Virus record (IMG/VR): IMGVR_UViG_3300035210_000189 | Span: 88,441-152,440 of that record | Reading direction: 5' to 3' (one strand) | DNA length: 64,000 nucleotides | Origin: a virus | Shown: positions 8,045-17,749 of the stretch, in pieces | Position numbering within the stretch: position 1 is the first letter of the stretch | Layout: each line of letters starts with the position of its first letter | The notes under the pieces: generated by a model | The model's input: only the letters and a program-made list of their open reading frames with translations | What the model was told of the DNA's origin: nothing | Databases searched by the model: none | Made by a program: the position numbers and the translations under genes

Positions 8045-8576
8045 AATAAGCAGCAATGGTTCTGTGCATCATCTTATTGATTTGAAATCAAGGGAGGCTA
8101 TGCACCTTTATTACGGTTTAAAGAACAGGTTTGAATATACTGTTGAGAACCGTGAAGAAGTCGTCAAAACCATTGCTGATGACATTCGTGATTTTGTATT
8201 GCAATATGATTTTGTGGTATACCCAGAAAGCAGTGCTTCGTTTATCAGTGATGTGTTGAGTCAGATTGATATTTCAACGTATCAAGTGGTGAAAAACTCT
8301 ATTGAGAACGTCAGAGTGTTTTCAAACACACTTAACCTGCAGAAGAAAGAACGCGAAAGCCATGAAGAACGATTTGCCTTGATGGGGCCAAAGTTCAAAA
8401 TCAACCAGATGAAGTCAACTCAACGTGTTAAATATGAAGAGGTTATTTTTGACAAGCTTGACTTACCAGAAGGTCGAGGGCTTATTGTAGATGATAGCCA
8501 CTTCTCAGGCACTACATACCGAGCGTTGGTAACTGTGACTGGCATTGAAGATTTCTTGGCAATCTTTTCAAAGTGA
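8037..8576 (+). CDS. phosphoribosyltransferase-like protein
   Basis: PRPP-binding-like motif LIVDDSHFSGTT. Confidence 0.65.
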   Translation: MNKISSNGSVHHLIDLKSREAMHLYYGLKNRFEYTVENREEVVKTIADDIRDFVLQYDFVVYPESSASFISDVLSQIDISTYQVVKNSIENVRVFSNTLNLQKKERESHEERFALMGPKFKINQMKSTQRVKYEEVIFDKLDLPEGRGLIVDDSHFSGTTYRALVTVTGIEDFLAIFSK

Positions 8577-8595
8577 CGACAAAACAAAAAGGAGC

Positions 8596-9474
8596 CTAAG
8601 CTCCTTTTATTATTTGATGACGACACAATTGTTTCGAAATTGAATCATAATTCATAACCATTATTCCAATCACCAACATTGGAACACATAATAGTTGACC
8701 TGTTGTTAACCAACCAAAAGCAATATAGCCTAGATTGGCATCGGGTTCTCTAACAAATTCGACTGAAAATCTGAATATCGCATACATGATCATGAACAAT
8801 CCACAAATAGATCCTTTTGTTCTTTCTTTCATCGAATACGCTTTCAATATGAAAAATAAAACAACACCTTCTAATATGGCTTCATAAATTTGTGATGGAT
8901 GTCTTGGTAATGATCCTGCATTTTGAAATACTATTCCAAATGGCCCATCTGTTACCTTCCCCCATAGTTCTCCATTGATAAAGTTGCCTAATCGACCTTC
9001 TGCTAAACCTATGGGAGCTGTTAATGCTATAATGTCCATACATTTCAAAAACTGTATTTTATATTTTCTAGCATAGATCCAGACGCCAATGACTAATCCT
9101 ATTAATCCACCATGAAAAGAGACGCCTCCTTTCCATAAGGCAATAATGTCGATAGGATGACTGAAATAATGTTCCAGTGGATAGCCTTGGTATATGATGA
9201 GATACAAAAGCCTTGCACCAATGATCATACCAAATACGGCATATAGAATAAGCATGTAAGCATCGTCTTCTTTTAATTTATTGTCTATTTTTGATATATC
9301 TTTGACCATTTTTATTCTAGCAATCACGATGGTTGTTAGGAACAAAAGCCCATACCACTTGATACTAACGATTTTAAGATCAATAGCCACTGGATTAATT
9401 GGATAGTTTTTTATAATCAATGTTAAAAATATTCCGAATAGAAATAATATTGCTATATTTGTTTTTGTTATCAT
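8596..9474 (-). CDS. lgt: prolipoprotein diacylglyceryl transferase
   Basis: WYGL, GARL, WKGGVSFHGG, GRLGNFINGELWG, RHPSQIYE. Confidence 0.97.
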   Translation of the reverse strand: MITKTNIAILFLFGIFLTLIIKNYPINPVAIDLKIVSIKWYGLLFLTTIVIARIKMVKDISKIDNKLKEDDAYMLILYAVFGMIIGARLLYLIIYQGYPLEHYFSHPIDIIALWKGGVSFHGGLIGLVIGVWIYARKYKIQFLKCMDIIALTAPIGLAEGRLGNFINGELWGKVTDGPFGIVFQNAGSLPRHPSQIYEAILEGVVLFFILKAYSMKERTKGSICGLFMIMYAIFRFSVEFVREPDANLGYIAFGWLTTGQLLCVPMLVIGIMVMNYDSISKQLCRHQIIKGA

Positions 9475-9638
9475 TAAAGAATCCTTTTAAGGCTTATAGA
9501 TTAACATCTTCTAGAACAATATCAAATTAAACAATATTGACATTAACAAAACAATAAACATTTTACTAGATAACCTCTATTTGACAGCATTTTTAAGTGG
9601 TGGTAGCATGATATTAATATAACATTAGAAGTATAACT

Positions 9639-10232
9639 ATGAACAAGTTATTATGTATACCAGCTTTGATTGTTTTAATGACAGCGGCACCTGTAAACGC
9701 AGATTACAGAATGGTGGTTGGTTTAGAGCAAAACTCTGGTGGTGGACTGGCTAATGATTCTATTGTGTTCAAAACAGCTTCTACACCACCTGTTGAAGCA
9801 CCAACAGATGATTATTCTATCTTTGGCATTTATGAGTCAGTTGCAAGAGCGATTGTTAACAATAAAAATCCTGTCACAGTAATGACATATGAAAATGTCA
9901 AAGATGTCTTTACTGCTGGGTATAACCTCAATGAATATAAACGTCTTCAAGATTTTGGATATGGATACGGCCTTATGGGGGCTTATGCTTTCAATACTGA
10001 CCTTAGTTTGAGCAATCTGATTAATTTACATGAGGAAGGTTATAATTTGATTAGATTAGGTGAAGCAGCTTATTATATTCAAAATGTGTATGACATGCCT
10101 TTTAAACAAGGACTTACTAAAATTATAACTTCTTATAAGGCAAGTTGTTGGAATACATTAGATGAAGCATTTACACAAATGGATATTTCTGCGTGGGATA
10201 ATTATGCAGCTCAGCGAAATTGTTTAAAATAA
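9639..10232 (+). CDS. secreted protein with ADYRM mature N-terminus
   Basis: Signal peptide; N-terminal motif shared with 15090-15629. Confidence 0.7.
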   Translation: MNKLLCIPALIVLMTAAPVNADYRMVVGLEQNSGGGLANDSIVFKTASTPPVEAPTDDYSIFGIYESVARAIVNNKNPVTVMTYENVKDVFTAGYNLNEYKRLQDFGYGYGLMGAYAFNTDLSLSNLINLHEEGYNLIRLGEAAYYIQNVYDMPFKQGLTKIITSYKASCWNTLDEAFTQMDISAWDNYAAQRNCLK

Positions 10233-10298
10233 TTTGAAACCATTCGTACTTTTGTGATATAATAAGGCCACACATAAAGGACAAAGAGGATAAATATC

Positions 10299-10445
10299 AT
10301 GTTGAAATGTCTGTTTGGTTTGAACTGTAACTTTGTTTATTTTAAAGATACCATTGTAGGTGGTGGTCTTGATGGAAGTGTTGTCATGTCAGTTTATAAA
10401 TGCACAGTGTGTAATCGTGAGAAGAACCAAGAATATTCTCGTTAA
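10299..10445 (+). CDS. small Cys-rich protein (DUF1660-like), not in the ORF track
   Basis: GAGGA SD; MLKCLFG...KCTVC; 48 aa; between a promoter and a terminator. Confidence 0.6.
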   Translation: MLKCLFGLNCNFVYFKDTIVGGGLDGSVVMSVYKCTVCNREKNQEYSR

Positions 10446-10484
10446 CATTAAAAAAGGTAGCCTAGGCTACCTTCTTTGTTTGAC

Positions 10485-10787
10485 TTATTCTTTCTTCAAG
10501 TCTTCGACATTATCTCTGAGATATGTCTCTTTTCTGCTGGCTTTTAATTCATCCCATTTTTTATTCTGGTCTGCATTTAACACGCCTTGTATGTCTTTGT
10601 CTTCTGCGAGACGATGTTTTTCATGTATGTCTCTAAGCTGAGTTTTTTGACTTTCTGTCAATTTTAAATCTTGATAATACTTACCAAAGAATCCTTCAAA
10701 CCAGTTGTCACTTGTGCTTGGCCCAGCGAAAGCGACTGATGATGTAAGTAGTGCTGCTCCCATAATAGCGATGAGTGATTTATTCAT
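10485..10787 (-). CDS. Spy/CpxP-like (LTXXQ) periplasmic protein
   Basis: Signal peptide; LKLTESQ and VLNADQ motifs; GGAGG SD. Confidence 0.7.
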   Translation of the reverse strand: MNKSLIAIMGAALLTSSVAFAGPSTSDNWFEGFFGKYYQDLKLTESQKTQLRDIHEKHRLAEDKDIQGVLNADQNKKWDELKASRKETYLRDNVEDLKKE

Positions 10788-10956
10788 AAACGTCCTCCTA
10801 ATTATTGGTCTTACTAATATTAGCATAGAAAAAACAAAAGTCAATAGCAATCATTCGCATTTATGTTGCTCTATTTCCTATGTTAGAGGCAAAAACATTG
10901 AACTTTTCCTTATTTTTTGGTATAATACAAACACTCAACAAATTGGAGATAATACT

Positions 10957-11280
10957 ATGGTCAGCTTCTTGAAATACGCCTTCACCATCAAACCTGAATT
11001 CGTTTCCGAACTGACCGATTCATTTAAAGAATTTGACTGGCTACAAGAATTTATTTCGGTAGAACCTTGTGGTAAAGTCACTCTTTTTGATATTCAAGAT
11101 GGTCAAACTGAAGATGCGATTACTCAGGTGATGGGTTCGTTGTCGCCAGAAGGTGTTGCCAGCATCCATTGTGACATCATTGCATGTGAAATGAATGAAG
11201 TGGTTCGTTGCCGTGTTAAAGATGGTCAAGTTGTGAAACAGTATGCTTGCGATTTCGTTTGGAGTGCAACGCCAGCTTAA
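10957..11280 (+). CDS. hypothetical protein
   Basis: GGAG SD at ATG 10957; terminator follows. Confidence 0.7.
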   Translation: MVSFLKYAFTIKPEFVSELTDSFKEFDWLQEFISVEPCGKVTLFDIQDGQTEDAITQVMGSLSPEGVASIHCDIIACEMNEVVRCRVKDGQVVKQYACDFVWSATPA

Positions 11281-11871
11281 TCAATGTAATTATTGAAGAC
11301 AAAAAGAAACCGCCATGAGGCGGTTTTTCTTTTCGTATCTCTTAAACTCCATGTTCCATGAAGTAATCAATCAATTGTTTAGCTGAAGTTATACTCGCTT
11401 CATCATATGAGTACACATTTTCGTATTCATACATCATCACTGAATATGTATCATCTTCGTTTCTTAGGATAAACCCGTCACGATATTCTATGCTGCCATT
11501 GGGTTCTAAGATTTCTTCTTCTTCGTTATTGAATTCTGCAGTAGACTGAGTTTCTTTGTGGGTAATTACTCTCTTTTTTTTCGTAAAGATGGTTTTAACA
11601 CCTTCAATCTCAATGATAAATTCAGGTTCCATTAAACTTTTGTAAGCCTGTGCATAATCAGGATGATTTCTATACGGTTCATTGTTTGTCTCAATGTAAT
11701 CAAAGGCTTCTTTCCGACTGGAAAACTCATCAGATATATAGGTCATTCTATCTGTGACACCTTCAACAATTGTTCCGTAAAAAATTACGGTGTATGTTCC
11801 TTCGGCTTCTTCTACCGTTAAGTCATTAAACATGCCAGCTTTGATCGCTTTAATTAAATTTTTCAAATTAT

Positions 11872-13091
11872 CAGATGTTGTTGAAAGAATCCCCCTTCCT
11901 TCAGGTAGGGGATGAATTTCAACCATGCTCTTGACTTTTGTTATTTTCTCAATATAATCAACCACATGATTAAAACATTCCAATATAAAATTAAAACTGG
12001 GAAGATTAATTCTTCCGATTGTCGCTGGCTTTCTCAAAAAGCCAGTTCCATTAACTATATCTGGAATTATTGCAACGATGCCCAAAAGCATAAACTTAAA
12101 TGGGACAGTCAAAAAAAGTGGTTAAGTGGTTTTGATCTTAGTTCCATGTGCGGTGGTGTATCAAAAGAAATTGGCTTACATTCACAAACAGTCCAAGCTG
12201 TTTGTGAAGAGTATGCCAATAAACGCAAAGCAAAGAAAAAAGCCTATTTACGTTATCGTAGTTATAAAAAATCACTGGGTTGGATTCCTTTTAAAACAAC
12301 GGGAATTAAGTTTGATCCTGATAATCAATCTTTTACCTATCAAAAACGTGAGTTTAAAGTGTGGTATAGGCGTGAGATTCCGGCTGATACCAAGATTAAA
12401 AGTGGTAGTTTCTGCCAAGATAATTTAGGCCATTGGTACATCAACATCGTTGTTGATATACCCGAGGTTAAACGCACTCAAAAACCGACTGCAGAAGTGG
12501 GTATTGACCTTGGCTTAAAAGATTTAGCTGTTCTTTCGGATGGGAAAGTCATTCCTATCTTCAAATACTATCGAAAAAACGAGAAAAGACTTGGATTGGC
12601 TCAACGAGCCAATAAGAAAGGTCAAGTTAAAAAAATACACAAGAAAATTGCTAATTCACGAAAAGATTCAGCGTTTAAAATCGCTAATGATCTTGTGAAA
12701 AATTACGCTTTAATTGTGGTAGGAAACGTGAGTCCATCAAAACTTGGTAAAACCAAAATGGCTAAGTCAGTTTATGATGCAGGTTGGACACTTCTAAAAA
12801 AGCAGGTTGAGTATTTAGCGATTACGCACCAATCCGTATTTTTAGAAGTGAATGAAAGTTTTACAACCCAAGCTTGTTCGTCTTGTGGAAATAGGACGGG
12901 GCCGAAAGGCTTAAAAGATCTTGGAATAAGAGAATGGAAATGCCCAGTATGCAATACTGTTCATGACAGAGATGTAAACTCTGCGAAAAACATTCTCCGT
13001 ATCGGACATGATACGCTAGAAGTAGGAATCCCCTTCCTTACCGCCTAACGGCGGCAAACATTTTTAATGTTTGAGGTGGGGAGGATGTCAA
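11872..13091 (+). mobile_element. IS200/IS605-family (IS1341-like, tnpB-only) element
   Basis: TTAT target at 11868-11871; left-end guide AAGA plus ATCCCC/GGGGAT hairpin; right end GAAT-CCCC...GGGG...TCAA; no TSD; precise removal restores the host ORF. Confidence 0.88.
11966..13048 (+). CDS. tnpB: RNA-guided endonuclease TnpB
   Basis: GIDLGLK, VNESFTTQ, CSSC/CPVC zinc ribbon, HDRDVNSA; promoter TTGACT/TATAAT immediately upstream. Confidence 0.95.
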   Translation: MIKTFQYKIKTGKINSSDCRWLSQKASSINYIWNYCNDAQKHKLKWDSQKKWLSGFDLSSMCGGVSKEIGLHSQTVQAVCEEYANKRKAKKKAYLRYRSYKKSLGWIPFKTTGIKFDPDNQSFTYQKREFKVWYRREIPADTKIKSGSFCQDNLGHWYINIVVDIPEVKRTQKPTAEVGIDLGLKDLAVLSDGKVIPIFKYYRKNEKRLGLAQRANKKGQVKKIHKKIANSRKDSAFKIANDLVKNYALIVVGNVSPSKLGKTKMAKSVYDAGWTLLKKQVEYLAITHQSVFLEVNESFTTQACSSCGNRTGPKGLKDLGIREWKCPVCNTVHDRDVNSAKNILRIGHDTLEVGIPFLTA

Positions 13092-13186
13092 AAGCTGTAT
13101 TCATGTATTCTTCATTTTCAAAGATCTCATATTCAACAATTCGACCTTTATCATTCTTTACAGGTTTAATTTTAAGAGTTCTCATT

Positions 13187-13786
13187 TCACTGCTCCCATT
13201 TTTTATTATCAGAAATTTTTTCTTGAATTTCTTGAACTTCTTTGATTGTAAGATCTTTTGAGTTAATCTCAACCTTCAACATGGAGTGTAGTTTTAACAA
13301 AGACTCATTAACAGCTAAAAACAAAATGCTGTTACTGATAAGATCTTTGTCTACTTGTCCACAAATGAAGGGATCATTCGTTTTAAATTGTTTAAACCAT
13401 TTATTTTCAAAATAACTAAATGATATTGACAATTCTTTTGTGTCTTTATAGAGATGTTGGAGTTCGTCTTCAAAAAGACTGTAATCTAATTTAAAAACAG
13501 TATCATTCATTGAGCAAATAGGTAATTCAAGATTAGATACAAGCATTCTAGCCACTTCTTTTGCAAGCATTAAGCTGTTAGTACTTTTTGAATTAATGAA
13601 GTTCATCAAATGAGAAGATGCTTCGTTTTTTATTTCAATGGCATTTATTATTTCATGTATTCCGCGAATATCAAAAAAGACAGCTCCAATTTGTTGAATC
13701 AAAAAGTTGTATGTTTTTTGTGTCATGGTTATTTCCATTGCGATGAAATGTATGGCTATTATACAGTGTGTACACTCCTTTTGCAC
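13187..13786 (-). CDS. hypothetical protein
   Basis: ORF ends 1 nt before the ATG of the split gene; true start is probably internal. Confidence 0.6.
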   Translation of the reverse strand: MQKECTHCIIAIHFIAMEITMTQKTYNFLIQQIGAVFFDIRGIHEIINAIEIKNEASSHLMNFINSKSTNSLMLAKEVARMLVSNLELPICSMNDTVFKLDYSLFEDELQHLYKDTKELSISFSYFENKWFKQFKTNDPFICGQVDKDLISNSILFLAVNESLLKLHSMLKVEINSKDLTIKEVQEIQEKISDNKKWEQ

Positions 13787-13918
13787 GAAAAATTCGTCAA
13801 CATATTAATGAAAATTGTATAAAAGCTATTCGCCTATACTTTATACTTGTTTTTTCTTTCTGGTGGTTGAAAAACTTAATTTTTATGATAATTTATTCAT
13901 TTCAAATGAGGATTTTTT

Positions 13919-14281
13919 ATGGCTTTGATTTTATACAGTAACGGTGAAGCTTCATTCATCAAAAAAAGTATTAACCCAGAATATTTTGAAGACGATGGCA
14001 GATTAAATCTTGTATTCCTTCAAGCGACTCTTGAAGCAGAAGACATTAACACAATCTTTATAGATGACCCAGAAACTGTGTTGACTATTGGTGAAGGTGA
14101 TATGGAGGGCCATTACACGATGTTTCTTTTTGATAATGAAGCTGACTTCAAATTCCTACCTGTTAATCAGTTCATGACCGATGTAGCCTTGCAAGTGGGT
14201 ATGATTCCACCTGACACTGACATTAAAGGTACTGTTATCTGTTTAGAGATTGATGAACTGGGAATTCCACTACCTTTATAA
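13919..14281 (+). CDS. DUF3846-like protein
   Basis: DNEA...LPVN..(M)T...IKGTVI; paralog of the next gene. Confidence 0.6.
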   Translation: MALILYSNGEASFIKKSINPEYFEDDGRLNLVFLQATLEAEDINTIFIDDPETVLTIGEGDMEGHYTMFLFDNEADFKFLPVNQFMTDVALQVGMIPPDTDIKGTVICLEIDELGIPLPL

Positions 14282-14349
14282 TTTGACTAACATTTGTTGA
14301 ATTTCCATTATGTTATGTTATTATTTAAGTAACAACATGGAGTTGAACA

Positions 14350-14694
14350 ATGGCTTTAGTCATTTTTGAAGACGGCACAGCGAATAGTGCCAATGCAGTA
14401 GAACAACCAGAATTTTATGATGAACTTGGTAGACCTAATCAAATGTTCATGCAAAGTATTTTAGAAACATCGAATATTGGTGCCTTATTTTTTGAAGACC
14501 CAGAAGCTGTTATTAATTATCAAGGTGAATCTTATTCATTACTTTTGATAGATAATGAAGCTGATGTTAAAGGCTTACGTGTCAATAAGTTTGCCACTGA
14601 TATAGCTATTAGAGTTGGATTAATAGAAAAAGATGAGGTTATATTAGGTTCAGTTATGTTTGTAGCCGTTACAGAATTAGGTCCAATGGAGTAA
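14350..14694 (+). CDS. DUF3846-like protein
   Basis: DNEADVKGLRVNKFAT...ILGSVMFV. Confidence 0.6.
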   Translation: MALVIFEDGTANSANAVEQPEFYDELGRPNQMFMQSILETSNIGALFFEDPEAVINYQGESYSLLLIDNEADVKGLRVNKFATDIAIRVGLIEKDEVILGSVMFVAVTELGPME

Positions 14695-14709
14695 TTTTTT
14701 TTATAGGAG

Positions 14710-14970
14710 ATGTATATGAGTGTGTTTAAAATTGAAGCAGATGGTAAGATGCATGTGTTTAATTTAGTAAAGTTTAATATGTATGACAATCGTGGTAATG
14801 GATATGTTTTACATACTGATAATTCAGATCAGTTGGCTGTCTTATCTGTTGGACAAAATATTGATAAATTAGATATTCAAGAAGGAGCTGGACAAGTTGC
14901 CAGAAACCTTATGGTAAAAGAAATAAATGATAAGACATTGACACTTGTACACCACTACTTTGTAAAATAA
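14710..14970 (+). CDS. hypothetical protein
   Basis: AGGAG SD. Confidence 0.6.
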   Translation: MYMSVFKIEADGKMHVFNLVKFNMYDNRGNGYVLHTDNSDQLAVLSVGQNIDKLDIQEGAGQVARNLMVKEINDKTLTLVHHYFVK

Positions 14971-15089
14971 TAACAATAAAGATATATAAATAAAAAGGCC
15001 ATCTGGTCTTTTTTCTTTTGTCATTAGCACTAATTGACATGCAATAGAAGTGTATTATAATGTTATTACAACAACTACCGTAACCTATT

Positions 15090-15629
15090 ATGGACACTAA
15101 ACAACTCTTTTTATTTGCTCTTATTGGCGTCTTACCTATATCATCTTTTGCTGATTATAGAATGAATGTTAAATTTTCCGATCCTAGCTCTATTTCGTTT
15201 GGAGCAGTGTCCAATCCCGGTGAAGGAACTCCTGAAGAGCCACCAACAGATCCAGAAGACAGTTGCCCCACTAATTTTCCACAGCCAACAATGGCTAGTG
15301 GTTTTCCATCTATTGTAAAAAGTGGAGCAAACGTTTCATATAGTGTTCAAGTTACATCAGCCGGTGGATATTCAACGTATGCAGAAATAACAGGTGGAGA
15401 ACGATTTGTTAAAATGTTAACAACATCTGTTAGTGGTGTTGATTATGGTAATGGTGCTCTTTATGCTGGCACAACGCAAGGTTGGTTAGTTAAGACAGGT
15501 CAAACTATTAATGTGGTTGTGACCCCAATAGCTTATGATATGCAAGAAGGGACGCCTTGTCCAATTACTGGAACACCTTTTACATTGATTAATAAGACAC
15601 ATGCCCAACTTTATTCAGAAGCACAATAA
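15090..15629 (+). CDS. secreted protein with ADYRM N-terminus and Pro/Glu linker
   Basis: Signal peptide SFA-DYRM; PGEGTPEEPPTDPE linker. Confidence 0.7.
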   Translation: MDTKQLFLFALIGVLPISSFADYRMNVKFSDPSSISFGAVSNPGEGTPEEPPTDPEDSCPTNFPQPTMASGFPSIVKSGANVSYSVQVTSAGGYSTYAEITGGERFVKMLTTSVSGVDYGNGALYAGTTQGWLVKTGQTINVVVTPIAYDMQEGTPCPITGTPFTLINKTHAQLYSEAQ

Positions 15630-15741
15630 TTCAAATGACTACAATTAAGAACCTTTCAAGGTTCTTTTTTGTTAAGTTGATAGCCTTTTATTTGTGTGTG
15701 TGTTATAATGCCATCACATAAACAGACAATGAGCACTTAAA

Positions 15742-16077
15742 ATGATGAACCTTACGCTTAGTTTCGACCAACAACGTAAACGCTTTGAACGTCACCACAA
15801 AAAAATCTCGCCTATTGCTTGCGATTATACTTGGGAAGATGATGGTTTTGCGGATGCCAATATTAATACTGTTTTTCTTGGTTGGGCAATGGCAGTTACT
15901 GCTCATAATCAAGACGAAGTTGATTTGAGCTATGATCCTACTGATGGTTGGCGGATTGTTTCATCCATGAGTGGTTTTACTGTTCGCTCTCCACAATTCA
16001 AACCTTATACAACATTGGATCAGGCTGTGGAATGGGTGAAAGAACAAGGTCTGTTGATTGTCAATATTGATGACTAA
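15742..16077 (+). CDS. hypothetical protein
   Basis: Promoter and terminator bracket the ORF. Confidence 0.65.
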   Translation: MMNLTLSFDQQRKRFERHHKKISPIACDYTWEDDGFADANINTVFLGWAMAVTAHNQDEVDLSYDPTDGWRIVSSMSGFTVRSPQFKPYTTLDQAVEWVKEQGLLIVNIDD

Positions 16078-16132
16078 TTCAATCTTCTAATTGTAGACAA
16101 TAAAAAACCCGGCTAATGCTGGGTTTTATTTT

Positions 16133-16642
16133 CTATTTAATATTCCATTTTTCTCTGCAAACATGCCTTATTCTTTCAATCTCATCTAGGAACCATTGAT
16201 AATCAGTAGCTAGGTAGATCTTGTATTTACCATTCTTCCCATACCAGTTAAAGTGAATAAATGGTAATGTTGAGTGAACCAATAAGTTGAGAAGATCTTT
16301 GTTTTGTCTAAGTTTGCATCTTAAACCTTCCAAGATATCTTCAACTTCTTCAGCAGTCAATCCTGTTGTTCTTGGATTCAACTTATCCAGTTCATCACCG
16401 CGTGTCTTAGCTTCATATCCATACAGCGAACGCAATTCATCATATTGCTGACCAGACCAAACCCATGCCCAGTAGCCTTCCATTGATTCGAAATGACCAT
16501 GTTTGGGATGATTGAATGGATGGTGTGAAAAATTGCTTAATGACTTCCCCAGTTTTGTCTTTCCTTTGGAAGCTGCATTGATGAATAGAATGCCATCATT
16601 ATCTGGCGAAATATCTTCTTCGTTTAAAATAGTCAATGTCAT
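16133..16642 (-). CDS. NADAR-like protein of a type seen in large phages
   Basis: LSNF..HPF....G.FESMEGYW and KLRQN..L..LL resemble NADAR motifs. Confidence 0.5.
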   Translation of the reverse strand: MTLTILNEEDISPDNDGILFINAASKGKTKLGKSLSNFSHHPFNHPKHGHFESMEGYWAWVWSGQQYDELRSLYGYEAKTRGDELDKLNPRTTGLTAEEVEDILEGLRCKLRQNKDLLNLLVHSTLPFIHFNWYGKNGKYKIYLATDYQWFLDEIERIRHVCREKWNIK

Positions 16643-16718
16643 TGTTAATAACTCCTAATCGCTTTACTAACAATAACACAGATTTTATTCTTTTCAATTT
16701 TGAAAGGTGAGGTCAGAC

Positions 16719-17210
16719 TTATTTTTGTGTGGTGTCTTTTTGAGTTTTCGCTTCAAATTTTTTGAATTTATTGATGGCTACATTCATTTCATCTTCAAGC
16801 TTCTTACGTTTTTGTTCATCAATGATGTGTTGATCAAGTTTTAATTTTGGTCTTTCATTGAGATCTTGAATACAATCGGTAATCCAAGGGATGAATACAC
16901 CATGTCTGACAGCCTTAATAGACTTCCAAATGAACACTAAGGTCATTACACCTGCACCAACGCAACCCAATGTAAACAGCACCATAGATGCAAGGAAGTA
17001 GAGTGGAAAAAAGAAAGCAGACTCAGCCACAAAGCTGATACGGATAATGAATTGGAGCATGAAGCCAATCACCATCATTGCCATTGACAGACAGAAGACA
17101 GTGCTTTTGACTGAATTGTCTACTAACATCCATTCCGGTATTTTTGATTTCAGGTCTATGCTCATTTTTCGATCCTCGTTAAATACTGCAATTGTATCAA
17201 ATATAAACAC
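16719..17210 (-). CDS. membrane protein
   Basis: Two hydrophobic segments. Confidence 0.65.
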   Translation of the reverse strand: MFIFDTIAVFNEDRKMSIDLKSKIPEWMLVDNSVKSTVFCLSMAMMVIGFMLQFIIRISFVAESAFFFPLYFLASMVLFTLGCVGAGVMTLVFIWKSIKAVRHGVFIPWITDCIQDLNERPKLKLDQHIIDEQKRKKLEDEMNVAINKFKKFEAKTQKDTTQK

Positions 17211-17236
17211 TTATTGCAATAGATTATAACAATGTA

Positions 17237-17749
17237 TTATATCACTAACATGTTGGCTAGAGTTAACCTTTGATTGAAATCAACACTGTTGAAATCATAC
17301 ACACCAATAACATCTAGTTCTGGTAGCAGATCTCGAATGTCTTGTCCTTCTGGTTGTTTTGAACGCATATAAATATTTAACAAATTCTTATCAACACTTG
17401 GATAAAAATGACTGGTATATCCATTTCCGTCTCTTACATAATGATAAATGACCTTAGACAGTTCCAAATGATTTTCGTGCTTTACATCAGCATAAAAAAT
17501 CCATAACACGTCACCATTTAACTTGTTGTAAAAAGAAAATCGTAAGCTTTTAAATTTTCCATTATCAAAAAGAGCATCACAGTCCCTAGACATACCATCA
17601 AAAGACAGTTTTAATTTAATGGTATTAAAATTCATTGTTTCTTTTAAAGGCATACCATTAGCATCCTGTTCGCACAGGACTTCAAAATAACCGGGAAGTC
17701 CCCATTTATTTTTATCTTCAAAATCAGTGAGTGTAAATTTTTCGTACAT
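17237..17749 (-). CDS. family-B protein (LPE...YDF...MxxI)
   Basis: Ends LLPELDVIGVYDFNSVDFNQRLTLANMLVI. Confidence 0.75.
   Translation of the reverse strand: MYEKFTLTDFEDKNKWGLPGYFEVLCEQDANGMPLKETMNFNTIKLKLSFDGMSRDCDALFDNGKFKSLRFSFYNKLNGDVLWIFYADVKHENHLELSKVIYHYVRDGNGYTSHFYPSVDKNLLNIYMRSKQPEGQDIRDLLPELDVIGVYDFNSVDFNQRLTLANMLVI

Larger units (their letters stand above)
11342..13185 (-). pseudogene. acidic hypothetical gene split by the TnpB element
   Basis: Joining 13185-13092 to 11871-11342 gives a continuous 207-aa ORF (...EYMNTA-Y-NLKNLIK...). Confidence 0.8.

Noticed and set aside
11886-11922. Left hairpin read as a second right end (GAAT...TTCAA) or a TTGAA target
   Set aside because: The TTAT junction at 11871 satisfies both the guide rule and frame restoration; a TTGAA junction does not restore the frame.
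11342-12112. 256-aa ORF as an intact gene
   Set aside because: Its N-terminal part is antisense tnpB and IS-end sequence; the real N-terminus lies at 13185-13092.
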